From positions 1-64,000 of the forward strand of contig JBEUKZ010000138.1 of assembly GCA_048128005.1 (NCBI GenBank): a DNA stretch of 64,000 nucleotides. Reading direction: 5' to 3'. Made by a program: the position numbers and the translations under genes. Below the pieces are notes generated by a model, which had not been told where the DNA came from, did not search any database, and was given only the letters and a program-made list of their open reading frames with translations. Shown piece by piece: positions 13,946-25,050 of the stretch. How positions within the stretch are numbered: the first letter of the stretch is position 1; each line of letters starts with the position of its first letter. The DNA comes from Veleropilina oligotropha (lineage: Eukaryota).

Positions 13946-14496
13946 ACCATGAGACCATGTCTAACCCATATTCTTCTTCTGCGATAGCATCAAACAAAAC
14001 TGATCTTAATATTTGAAGTAATTGCATGGTATGCTAGATACGTCATATTGGCATTTGTTTCGTACGTATAAAGATATTATCGTGCTTAGGCCGTGTATCT
14101 TCTCTTCTGATTGGCGGACGTCATTTTACTAACTTGCAGTAAACCCCAGCCAGACGCGGTATATGGAAGGTTATACCAAGGCTGACGTCATACGTTGCTT
14201 GTCAATCAAAATGTTCTCCATTAGAAAATCTTGAGTAGGCGTTACTGAAGATGTCGTCTGCCATTTTGAATACATCACGGTAATGAATATAAATGACAAC
14301 AGCGTTATGAGCCAAGTCAGGAGTTTGTTTAGCATTGTGAAAGCAAGATAAATACGTCTTGATAAACACGGTGCATTGAATACCTTATTACGTTAAACAA
14401 CTCTGCCTGCGCCTCGTTCAACATCATGCGGTATTCAAGGCACCGTATTTACCGCGACGTCGCTCGACAACTTATAATGTTAATCTGCCCTTGTAG

Positions 14497-14793
14497 GCTT
14501 GCAATGCTGTCCCGACGTCTGTTTTCCGACGTGTCAAGTACCAATCACGGTAGGCCTGGTAAACCACGCGTCCGAGGTGGTGTCGAAGGGGGCACTGAGG
14601 GCTGCATTGAGTCCATCACGCATAGGTGCCGCCGCGACGAGCCACTCGAGACGAAATCATATCGCCGGTGGTTTGACGCACATCGCTGTAGCGTCCGCGA
14701 CAAAGATACATACTCGTATTGGACCATTGACTCTCACTTCCGTTGCACACGTTACGGAGCCAGTGGGAATATCGGTATTACTACGCCGACCAG
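14497..14793 (+). CDS. Internal exon of WAP-domain gene B (C-half of WAP1, A/S/T/H/R-rich linker, start of WAP2)
   Basis: TTGTAG|GC LQCCPDVCFPTCQVPI...VLLRRP G|GTAAG; 297 nt, phase 1-1; same exon architecture as the minus-strand paralog exon 23015-23485. Confidence 0.75.
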
Positions 14794-14811
14794 GTAAGAC
14801 TTTATCACTAA

Positions 14812-15523
14812 AGGGCTGAGCACACAGGATGCGCATGCGTCACGTCACGTACACGACACGATTTCCTCCTCATGCGAATGCGTACGTCAAACACGAACGC
14901 TTGTCTACACTGGATGCGTGATATTAACACACATACATGCCTCCCATGCATGGAAATACTTGAATTGATATATGCTTCATCACCAATATATTATACGCGA
15001 TCGACATAAATGAAGAAACAATATTGCCATCAATATCTAGCCGGATGGCTATGGTCAGCCACACATATTTTCAAGATGTGCATCATTATATTCTTTGCAT
15101 AAATGGTCATACAGTGCCTGGTGTTTCTGAACCTCTGTTATTATTTCCACGCATGCAACTCCGCCACTGGAGCATGTTGTTTGTTGTTGTTGCCGTTATC
15201 CTCGTTCTGCGGTACACGTGGTGAGTGGTAACCACGGGTTTCCCAATTTGTCTTTCTTGGAACCAGGAGCAATTCTCAAAAATGGCATTTTATAAAGAAA
15301 CAAATATGTAAAATCGGAGGTGCCGGATCCGTCAATTCTCTTCTGAACGCACATGGACTTTGTTGAAATTTACGCATCCGTCACCTGATATACCGTACTG
15401 ACCGTATCGGATCGGTTCCGCACCCAGTGTGGCCTGACCCATTCATTTTCTATGATATTGATACATTGACGGAACGGATCCGTTCCGTGACGTGACGCAT
15501 ACGCATCCTGTGTGACCAGCCCT
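14812..15523. mobile_element. PIF/Harbinger-like MITE
   Basis: Imperfect ~35-bp TIRs AGGGCTGAGCACACAGGATGCGCATGCGTCACGTCACG / CGTGACGTGACGCATACGCATCCTGTGTGACCAGCCCT, flanked by TAA and TTA. Confidence 0.75.
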
Positions 15524-15527
15524 TTAT

Positions 15528-15832
15528 GCATCACAACTTTACAATAGCAATACATCGCGTCTTTACGATGTAACGCATCACGTCTTTACAATAGTAATAC
15601 ATCACATCTTTACAATCGTAATACAGCACGTCTTTACAATAATACTACATCACGGATTTACATTAGTAATACGTCACGTCTTTACAATAGTAATACATCA
15701 CGTCTTTACAATAATATTACATCACGTCTTTACAATAGTAACACATGAAGTCTTTACAATAGTAATACACCACGTCTTTACAATAGTAATACATCACGTC
15801 TTCACATAACTAATACATCAACTATTTACAAA
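15528..15832. repeat. 24-bp minisatellite (~12 copies)
   Basis: Unit approximately CATCACGTCTTTACAATAGTAATA. Confidence 0.9.
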
Positions 15833-16150
15833 AGTGTTTGAACCGCTTCGACAGGTAAGCCGTTTCACAGCAAAATAATCTTTGATCTTGTTAAACCGAT
15901 GACGCCGTTATTCTGAGATCTACTGTGCATTTCATCGGAACTTTTATATCAGAGTTATATTTATAAAGCAAATGCATAGCAGTGACTAAATGGTACCAGT
16001 GAATGAATAGTTCTTCCTTTCTTAATTAAACGACTTTAAAACCATGATTTCTATTATTAGAATTATTAGAATGATGCTTAATCTCCAATTTAAAAAAACC
16101 CTTCAGGTTCATATCAGGATATATCCACATTTTCCTGATGAGGAAAGTAC

Positions 16151-16483
16151 GATCATCCGGGACAACCCACCCTCACCGACCCAGATCATCCGGGACAACC
16201 CACCCTCGCCGACCCAGATCATCCGGGACAACCCATCCTCGCCGACCCAGATCATCCGGGACAACCCACCCTCAACGACCCAGATCACCCGGGACAACCC
16301 ACCCTCACCGACCCAGATCATCCGGGACAACCCACCCTCACCGACCCAGATCACCCGGGACAACCCACCCTCGCCGACCCAGATCATCCGGGACAACCCA
16401 CCCTCAACGACCCAGATCACCCGGGACAACCCACCCTCACCGACCCAGATCATCCGGGACAACCCACCCTCACCGACCCAGAT
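16151..16483. repeat. 33-bp minisatellite (10 copies) inside a SINE copy
   Basis: Unit GATCATCCGGGACAACCCACCCTCACCGACCCA; flanks align to the SINE at 27607-27873. Confidence 0.95.
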
Positions 16484-16645
16484 ATGAACAGCTGTGACTG
16501 TTAACTCACCTATGTTAGACAGTCGTCATCCGATTGAATTTAGAGTCCAAACCAGTATCCACTCGGTTCTCGGTGCGGCGTAGTTCACGTCTGTGTAGCG
16601 TTTTTCACGTTGTATTGTGGTTCATATGTTGGTTTCTCATTTCAG

Positions 16646-16725
16646 GCCGCTGCCCATCGTTCATTATCACGCACGGGTTCGCTGGACAGTACTGCAACAC
16701 GGACTACAGCTGCGGTATAGGGTAT
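16646..16725 (+). pseudogene. WAP gene B last exon, 5' half (interrupted by a transposon)
   Basis: TTTCAG|GC RCPSFIITHGFAGQYCNTDYSCGIGY; phase-1 acceptor matches the donor at 14793. Confidence 0.7.
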
Positions 16726-17415
16726 GTTGAGGGGAATGTCCGAGCAACTCTCCATTCCTTAAAAAGAATAGAGACGAGGCCCCGGAGGCCGAGTCACAGT
16801 TGCGAAGACATTCCGCGACTTAAAACACAGCCAAAAACCCATTATGCGCCTTTTCAAGATACAATAGGTTGTTAACAATGACGAGGAGCGTAATTAATTT
16901 CGTGTCAATTGCGCCTTCACTGATAATTCATGTAAAATCTGACACGAAATGGACGATTCGCACGGGTTGTGATATCACAGCGGTCATTTGACCACTAATA
17001 TTGGAGCTATCTGTTCCATTTGAGCACGTTTTAATCTGTTGAAACACAGACAGCATTGCGTTTGGATGTGGAAATATCGCTTATATGGATTTACTATTAG
17101 GACGTCGAACAGGAGTTTATGAGCCATACGTGGGATTTTAAATATACAAATTCAATGTCAAATCAGCTGGATTTTAATACTCTGGAGTTACATTACCGTT
17201 TACGGGATGGTATTTCACCTTCTGTTCGCTTTAAGAAGCGTCTACGACGACACAAGGGAAATATATGAAAATAAATGTGAATGTTTATCAGAGATATCAT
17301 TTCAGCTGGATGTCAGCATTCTGGAATTACCACGTGTTTACGACGATACGATTACTTCGGATATTTATTAAATGTGCGTTTCGTAACAGATATTTAACGG
17401 AGAAATGACCATCTA

Positions 17416-19046
17416 AACCCCTCATAAAAAGAACGGAATATTGTGTTTATCCCGCAATAGTTTTATAGGTAAAGATCATATCGTGACAGTTGGCATACCA
17501 CCGGACAACTTAGCCATTTTCCTTCAATTTTATATCCCATTAGCACTTGTGTGACACTCAAGGGATTTGCAACTTACCGGAAAAGTGGGGTGGGTGTGAG
17601 AAAAAGATGTCAAATTTCACAGCAGCATAAATGCATGGCCACTATTCAGTGTGCTATCATGGCTTACATTTCACAGTTGAATGCACGCCATTCATTCAAT
17701 TCTGTGAGTTCATTATTAATGCTCAGTTTGCCTGTTAAAATTTGGAGAATGTGTGAATTGTACTGCATGATTTATCAGTTATCTCCAAGATGGTTAGGTT
17801 GTCAGATACTGATCGGGCCAGAGCTCTTGGCCCTCTGGAAGCAGGTTACACCCAGAAAGATGTGTCTGCCCTCTTTGGCGTTACACAGTCAACCATATTT
17901 AAGCTGCGAAAAAAATACAGAGAGACATGAATAGTTCGGGATCGACCTAAAAGTGGACGTCCAAAGGTTACCACAGACCAAGATGACCGGTACATGAGAT
18001 TGGCTGTGATGCGAAACCGTCGTTTGACTGCACGGGACATACAGGGTCGTTTACTGGGACGCCATGCTCGACGCATATCTGATCAAACAATCCGTAATCT
18101 AGGCTCCATGCTGTACACCTAAAATACCGGAAACCTGCCAATAAACCTGTGTTGACAGCCATTCACAGACAGGCTCGGTTACGTTGGTGTCGAGCTCATA
18201 GAGGGTGGAACCAGATAATGTGGATAAACGTAATGTTCTCCGATGAATCACGATTTTGTCTACGTACAGTTGATGGCCGTGTTGCAGTGTGGCGGAGGAG
18301 AGAGGTTTGCAGATTGCTGAGAACGACACCTTTTGGTGGTGGAAGCGTCATGGTTTGGGGAGGAATCTCCACCATTGGGAAAACACAGTTAGTCACTATT
18401 GATGGGAACTTTAATGGTCAGCGGTATATCCAAGAAGTTCTTGATCCGGTCGCCATCACCTACGTGATAAATCTTGGAAATCAAGACACACTGCAAGATG
18501 ACAATGCGCGTCCCCACAGGTCCAGATTGGTGAATGGCCACTTGCAACAACAAGGCATCGGATGCATGGAATGGCCGTCCAACAGCCCTGATCTGAATCT
18601 TACTCTAGACTTACTGATTTTCGTCTGTTCCTGGTGGATGAGTGGAATGCTCTCCCACAACGCCGTATTCAGCGTCTCATCGCCAGCATGCGCAGAAGAT
18701 GTGAGGCAGTTTATCCAGGCCTTTGGAGGACAACGAGATACTGACTGTACACTGTATCCAGACTTTGTGAACACGTATTGTGCATTCTGTGAATGAAATC
18801 ATTATTTAACTTGGAATGAGAGTTTATTTATGAAATATTAAAATCAAGATGGCAAAATTTTGATACACCCCCATCTTGTTTTCAGGTAATTGTCATGACC
18901 CCCGGGGATCCACTAGTATCAATATGATATCAAAATGACGGCAAATAGCTAAGCTGTCCGGTAACAGTCACATTTTTAGGATATCGACTATATTTATGAA
19001 GCTATGATAGGCCTACCACAATATTCCGTTCTTTTTTTGAGGGGTT
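17416..19046 (+). mobile_element. Tc1/mariner DNA transposon with degenerate transposase
   Basis: TA-flanked ~30-bp TIRs AACCCCTCAWAAAAGAACGGAATATTGTG; transposase motifs DRPKSGRPKVTT, RLRWCRAH..MFSDESRF, GGGSVMVWGGIS, LQDDNARPH, WPSNSPDLN; frameshifts and deletions. Confidence 0.93.
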
Positions 19047-19084
19047 TAGTTTTATTTCATTCTGGATTTACTGCACGTTACCTG

Positions 19085-19180
19085 GAGCGGGTTGTATGAA
19101 AGCAGCGATTGATAGCGATTATAGGCCTATACTGACGATTACGTAACTGCTGTCCAGCGACGTGGCTATACAACCCGCTC
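19085..19180. mobile_element. Small Harbinger-like MITE
   Basis: TIRs GAGCGGGTTGTAT/ATACAACCCGCTC flanked by CTG and CAG. Confidence 0.65.
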
Positions 19181-19286
19181 CAGATTTCACACCCTATTGT
19201 TCACCTAACAAAGGAAATATAACGCTCCATTCCTGAAAAATAATGGAGAGTTTAAACAAAAGAAAAACACGGCGGATGTGTTTTAA

Positions 19287-19358
19287 AAATGCTGCATGGT
19301 GACCGGCTACAACAAGCCATGCGTCAAGTGCGCGTTATGCTGGGCTTGGTGTAGATAG
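19287..19358 (+). pseudogene. WAP gene B last exon, 3' half
   Basis: KCCMVTGYNKPCVKCALCWAWCR* starts immediately after the insertion end; AATAAA at ~19430. Confidence 0.6.
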
Positions 19359-19719
19359 ACACGTGTAAGTTGTGATTAAAAGAACACGATTACTCATTCA
19401 ATGTAGTACATATTGTTAAATATAAAAAATAATAAAGTTAATATTTATATAGCGCCTTGCTCAGAGGCGAATATTCGAAAGAAAACGCTGCCAGAAAGGT
19501 AGTTTTGGAAATTACGTAAATAAATAAGATAAACAATCGAACAAATCTTGTATGTCTTCTTTGAAGTCACGTAGAACACTATGGTAAGAGTCGGATTGAC
19601 AATATCGGATTGTTTATTTACGTTGTCATTGGCTACGACACGTTTACGTCCAATGTTTGTTTCTCTATCTTCATACTGAATGTTTGATGCTGTTAATTGT
19701 ACTGTCGCCAGTCGTGTGA

Positions 19720-20580
19720 TGCGAAATAAGGCGCAAACCCATGATGCCAGTGATAGTCGATGTCTGGTAGCCCACGGATAACAAGTTTTGCTACGCCTTG
19801 TTAGACGAATTCCAATGAGTAAAGTCTACGACATCAGTGATGACCACATAATGTGGTTTCCATACCAAATGTTAGAACGCAGCTGAACGCCTCTGGGCTG
19901 AGGACTCGAAGGTCAATCAAACGTCATCTAGTGAATGTACAATACTGACAGAATGGTCTATGGTGGTGCAACGTCAGAGCTCAATGGACTCTGCGGAGCT
20001 AGAGTAGGGTACACTCTCTGATGGACTCTGCGGAGCTAGAGTAGGGTACACTGTCTGGTGGACTCTGCGGAGCTAGAGTAGGGTACACTGTCTGATGCAC
20101 TCTGCGGAGCTAGAGTAGGGTACACTGTCTGATGGACTCTGCGGAGCTAGAGTAGGGTACACTGTCTGATGGACTCTGCGGAGCTAGAGTAGGGTACACT
20201 GTCTGATGGACTCTGTGGAGCTAGAGTAGGGTACACTGTCTGATGGACTCTGCGGAGCTAGAGTAGGGTACACTCTCTGATGACAGTCGGATCTTGTTGC
20301 AGACTGCTGTTGATCGTACCTGTGAATGAAGGTCTAGAAGCACGGCATGTGCACAGCAAATATTCTGGAAACATTTCCTTTTCTAGGAGGATCATGAGGC
20401 CGAATCTCGTACGCTGCAGTATGGAAACATTATCATGGCCTGCAAATAGCCCTGCCCTCGATCCCATTGAGCACATTTGGGACATATTGGTGCGTAGAGT
20501 GAAGGATATAAGGTGCCAGATATCCATCCTCCTGGCAACCATGCCCTTGTTCAAAATTTCAGGTACAACGTCTTGTTGAT
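19720..20580 (+). mobile_element. Highly degenerate second Tc1 transposase remnant
   Basis: Fragments WWCNVRAQWTLRS*SRVH..SDDSR and WPANSPALDPIEHIWDILVRRV. Confidence 0.75.
19984..20282. repeat. 37-bp minisatellite (8 copies)
   Basis: Unit GGACTCTGCGGAGCTAGAGTAGGGTACACTGTCTGAT. Confidence 0.95.
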
Positions 20581-21149
20581 GTTATCATTTGCTGAATAAT
20601 AGGCCAGAGACGTTCGAATTTCATTGTTTTCGTATTGTGTTGTGGTAAAAGTGATATTGACATGACGTGGACTGTTGAATGCAATGTCACTTTACACTAC
20701 AGTCTGTCACTTTCATTAAAATCTTTTATTCCTAAACTTAAAATATCGTCATAAAAACGTGATCGCTGAAAAGCTGGTACGCATTATAGACCATCGAAAG
20801 TGACGCAACGGTGCATACTTCAGAAGGCCTACATACCTTTCTAGGCATGTACAAAGAGTTTCAAGGGCTCGACACCGGAGCATCTTATTCTTTTGAGATG
20901 CGGTATCGTCAAAGTTCGATTTAATTGCGCTTAACAATAGAGTTATGCATTAAGAAATAAGAGATATAACATCCAATTTGCCAAATATGTCAATGTTATG
21001 CATACAGATAAATATATTTAATGATCGCAAATAAATTTTTATCGGTACTCTATATATTTTAACTCGATATTTTAAGCAAAATTCGTGCTTTTTTCGGCTG
21101 CCAGATTTACTCCTCTTCTGTATAATATAAAATTTAGTGATACACTTTG

Positions 21150-21357
21150 TGGTATTTGGGCCGCTCTGACAATCGTGTGGTTTCGGCTGTAAACTCTTAA
21201 ATCTGCCTTTTATTCTGCTGATAATGATAGCATAATAGAAAGGGATATTCCCTCTCTGTCGGTCAGATCGGAGTGACACATTAAACTGGGTGTCCCGACT
21301 GCGATACGGCTGAAAAATTGCCAAAAGTGGTCGTAAAATAAAATTACCAACCAACCG
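21150..21357 (+). mobile_element. SINE-like fragment with (CCAA)n tail
   Basis: GGCTGAAAAATTGCCAAAAGTGGTCGTAAAA...CCAACCAACC is shared with the copy at ~40965-41245. Confidence 0.55.
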
Positions 21358-21483
21358 CGATTGTAATCGTCAAAACAAAAATAAATGAAATTTTTTCTAC
21401 AAAATAATCTTTAATAACAAAATGAAAATACAATAAAATTCGGGATGGCGATATTACATTGTAAAACAGCATTATGTAAAGCT

Positions 21484-21653
21484 TTAAGAAACAATAGTAA
21501 ACTTAATATTTACAGGGAATAATTGAATAATTGAAATGCTCGTTTGTGCTCCTACCGGGCAGCACTTTTCATGGCATACACAATCGATGTCGTTTCGGCA
21601 ATATCTTGGCAGCGACAGCAACGAACTGAGACCCGGGCCAATTGGACAATAAC
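21484..21653 (-). CDS. WAP gene A exon 4 (second, degenerate WAP-like domain; lies downstream of an in-frame TAG)
   Basis: TTTTCGTATAG|GT YCPIGPGLSSLLSLPRYCRNDIDCVCHEKCCPVG...*; phase matches the donor at 23015; ATTAAA downstream at ~21410. Confidence 0.6.
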
Positions 21654-21894
21654 CTATACGAAAAACAAACAAACAATCATCAATAACCTACAGCTCGTAA
21701 TGTTTAACTATTTTAGCGTAATATTTGCAAAATATTTGCACAAATGCATTAGATATATGGTTAATCCATTTTAACTATTGTATGTTTAGATACCTAACTG
21801 AAGGCCACATGCAGTTTTGCCAAAATGATCGATGTTACGCAAAACCACTTATATTCTATCGACACTGTCACAACATTATCCGTTAGGACAGTAT

Positions 21895-22407
21895 ATAGAG
21901 GATATCGAACGAGTGTCCATTCCATATGAGAATTATGAAACGAGTCGGGCACAATTTATATACCGAGCCTTGGCGAGGTACATAAATTTGCTGACGAGTT
22001 TCATAATTCTCATATGAAATGGACACAAGTTTCATATCTTCTTTATCACATGACTTTATTTACCTTTAAACTTATTTTATTGCGTTTTTAAACACATTTC
22101 TTTACGTATTAAAACTAATTTCTGTCAGTACTTTCAGCCATAAATTGCCATTGCCTCAGACGCATCACGCCTCGAAAGCACGCGCCACGCCAGTACAAAA
22201 TAGTTCAACGTCAGTAATCGACGAGCAAACGCGTATGAATTATTCAATATGTTAATGACGGTGATGCGCCGCCTAATCAACTTGGCGCCAGATGCGATGA
22301 TCGGCCGTCATGCTCGCCCTCATTTGCATACTTATGAGACGTGTGTTTTTGTATCGAAATTTATGGAACGGCTTCTACCGTTCCATAACAGCTTTGTCAT
22401 GTGATAA
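21895..22407. mobile_element. Crypton-like non-autonomous hairpin element
   Basis: ~150-bp hairpin (GTGTCCATTCCATATGAGAATTATGAAAC...GTTTCATAATTCTCATATGAAATGGACAC), then TTATCACATGAC inverted to the terminal GTCATGTGATAA. Confidence 0.6.
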
Positions 22408-23014
22408 GCTTCGATATTATATGGCTCATTTAAAGATTATCCTAATAGATGCGTCTCCAAACGATTAAAATGCCTAAAGAATCAGACGTTTATAAATGAT
22501 TTCGCTGCTCATTGAGCTTGTTAAATGAATTACTCGTAAATGATATCAAGGTGCGTGTTCGGTTTGGATGGATACTTATTATTCCTCTTTAACATCCATA
22601 AGGATCAATATCAGGACGTATTATTGCCGGAAAAAATTCCAATCACCCTGGAAGCCTCTTACAGCACCGGCCAGTTATGGACAAATGCGACTGTTGATTG
22701 AATAAAGTGCCCATCCGCGTACCCGAGCGTACTCCTGGTAACCATGGCAGTCGAGCGAGCGAATTGGGGTTGGGGGATCTTTTCCACTACCCTAAAATAA
22801 GCGGTCCAAGGCATGTGTAGTTAGATAGATAAACAATAGTTCGCATAGTCTGAATTCGCTCACTTGATAGAGAGTTGTGCATCAATGGCAGGTAATGGTG
22901 GATTTTCTTCCCGAGTTAATAATATATGAACTTGTCTTAGTTTGAACATGAATTTTGTTGAAACGGGATATTAAGCCTTGATCCAAAATAAATCTTGGTA
23001 TAACGGTAAAATAC

Positions 23015-23485
23015 CTGAACGTTCCTAGCCGCTAAATCCATTTAGTCGCCGCATTAGCATCGAAGGATCAATAAAGTTGGGTCGCTGGATGAAATGTACA
23101 TGATTTTCACCAGGAAATCTGATGACGTTTGGAGATTGTATCAAAGGTCCAAGAGAGCGAACATTGAAACCGGCTCCTGTGATTGGCTGAAATCCATTGG
23201 TGAATGAGTTCGTCATCATTCCATTGGTTAATGAAGATGCCCCTCTTGGAAAAGGCGATGACCCAAACGGAAAACCTGAGGTTGGATTTTGAAGCGGGAT
23301 CTGCGCAATTGGATGAAGAGATGGAAACATAGACGGGAAACCGTTGACAGCACCAATAGGCAGCGTGTTCGATGAGAGACCGTTGAACATTGGAAGATTT
23401 GATGCTGATGGTTGCACACCTTGAGACGACTGAAACATTGGGTTCATACAGGCTGAGAAGCAATGGCCTGGGCAGCATTTTAACG
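23015..23485 (-). CDS. WAP gene A exon 3 (C-half of WAP1 and P/G/F/S/N-rich low-complexity region; TAG at 23025-23027)
   Basis: TTTCAG|CG LKCCPGHCFSACMNPMFQSSQG...RRLNGFSG*ERS G|GTATTT; 471 nt, phase 1-1. Confidence 0.85.
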
Positions 23486-23912
23486 CTGAAACATCAGAAA
23501 AATAAATATTCTTAGATACATGTATTTTATATATTGGATATTTTCGAAGTAAGCAGTTTCGAAGGATTTGTCATTTGCAAATATTATTGCTTAAAAGTAA
23601 ATCTTCTCTATATAAACAACATCATAAATCCTATTTATATCAATAGCTTGGATGAATATTCCGTATATATATAAAATTAATGTAGGTCCGAGATCATATT
23701 ATTCTTAATGGCCGAGTAAGTTATATTGATCTTGAGGATGTAATGATAATATGACTCATAAACACAATATACATCTAAACTAATGACAGTTTAATAACAG
23801 TACAGAAGATGGATTGGCTTGACCCCTAAACATTTGACCACGTAGCCTGAGAAATGAGCATGTTTACAAATTGAAAATAAGTAGAGAAAACGAAGCAGTC
23901 ATGTAATCATAA

Positions 23913-24238
23913 GATTTCATACTCTGCTTATATACATTAATACTGGATTCAACACAGTGGCGACTTCATCATTACGATTCATACTCTGCTTATATACATT
24001 AATTCTGGATTCAACACACAGTGGCGACTTCATCATTACGATTCATACTCTGCTTATATACATTAATACTGGATTCAACACACAGTGGCGACTTCATCAT
24101 TACGATTCATACTCTGCTTATATACATTAATTCTGGATTCAACACACAGTGGCGACTTCATCATTACGATTCATACTCTGCTTATATACATTAATACTGG
24201 ATTCAACACACAGTGGCGACTTCATCATTACGATTCAT
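23913..24238. repeat. 64-bp tandem repeat (5 copies), intronic
   Basis: Unit GATTCATACTCTGCTTATATACATTAATACTGGATTCAACACACAGTGGCGACTTCATCATTAC. Confidence 0.95.
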
Positions 24239-24410
24239 AATTGTCGTTATCTAAAACTTGTTGGAATCGGGAGTGTATGGGATTCAATGAATTATGACTT
24301 ATTCGATGTGTGAGTCGCCGGCGACTGATTAATATAACAGAAGGCATATGTCCTACATGTCAGCCTGGTGAGATACAGACTCATTCATACCATGAGATTG
24401 ATATAAGAAC

Positions 24411-25050
24411 AAACTAGCGACTCATCGACCCAGCAAGTCGAGGGGATGTATCCCCTCCCACGGTAGCAGAAATCAATGGGCACCGTGTCCTCATCAGGCC
24501 AAACATGTATACCAAATTGGATTCAAATCGGATTAGAACTATTCACTGTAGATCGCGCACAAGAAATATTTTCGAATAAAGTGGCCGCCGCGACGGCCAT
24601 CTTGGATCCGAAAACAAAAGGAAATCGTTAGGTGGCGCGTCCTCATCATAACTAACGTGCATATCAAATTTGAATCAACTAGGAAATTAACTTTTCACTA
24701 TAGAGCACGCACAAAAAATCTCTTCAATCAAAATGACCGCATTGGCATCCATCTTGGATCCGAAAACGACGAAAATATTTATGCGGCATGTCCTCATCAC
24801 AATTAAGTGCATACCAAATATGAATAAAATCGGATATTAACTTTCAGTGTAATCTCGTCAAACAAAATGGCCACCACAGCGGCCATCTTGGATCCTGAAA
24901 CGACTCATCATAACTGACGTGCATAACAAATATGAATCAAATCGGATTAGAACCTTTCACTGTAGACCGTACACAAGAAATCTCTGCGGCGGCGGCTGAA
25001 CGATGAATAAACCAAACTATCCCCGAAATGGTAAATTTTGGGGATACAAA
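24411..25050 (-). mobile_element. Helentron-associated element (HINE) with ~140-bp internal tandem repeats
   Basis: Minus strand starts TTTGTATCCCC..GGGGATA (inverted repeat), carries about four diverged repeats (CCTCATCA..AAATTTGAATCAA..GGCCATCTTGGATCC on +), and ends GGGGATACA, a hairpin and CTAGTTT. Confidence 0.75.

Larger units (their letters stand above)
16726..19286. mobile_element. Crypton-like non-autonomous element with nested Tc1 and MITE insertions
   Basis: Left end has a long hairpin (GAATGTCCGAGCAACT...AGTTGCGAAGACATTC) followed by TTAAAACACAGCC, an imperfect inverted match to the right end GGATGTGTTTTAA; CTCCATTCCT.AAAA.AAT.GAGA occurs near both ends; no TSD; boundaries approximate. 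Confidence 0.55.

Noticed and set aside
16044..16497. Repetitive ORFs (IIRDNPPSPTQ)n and the other frames
   Set aside because: Explained by a SINE-derived 33-bp minisatellite in an intron; open on both strands, with no splice support.
15528..24238. 24-, 33-, 37- and 64-bp arrays as possible CRISPR arrays
   Set aside because: Head-to-tail units with no unique spacers, no cas genes, eukaryotic context.
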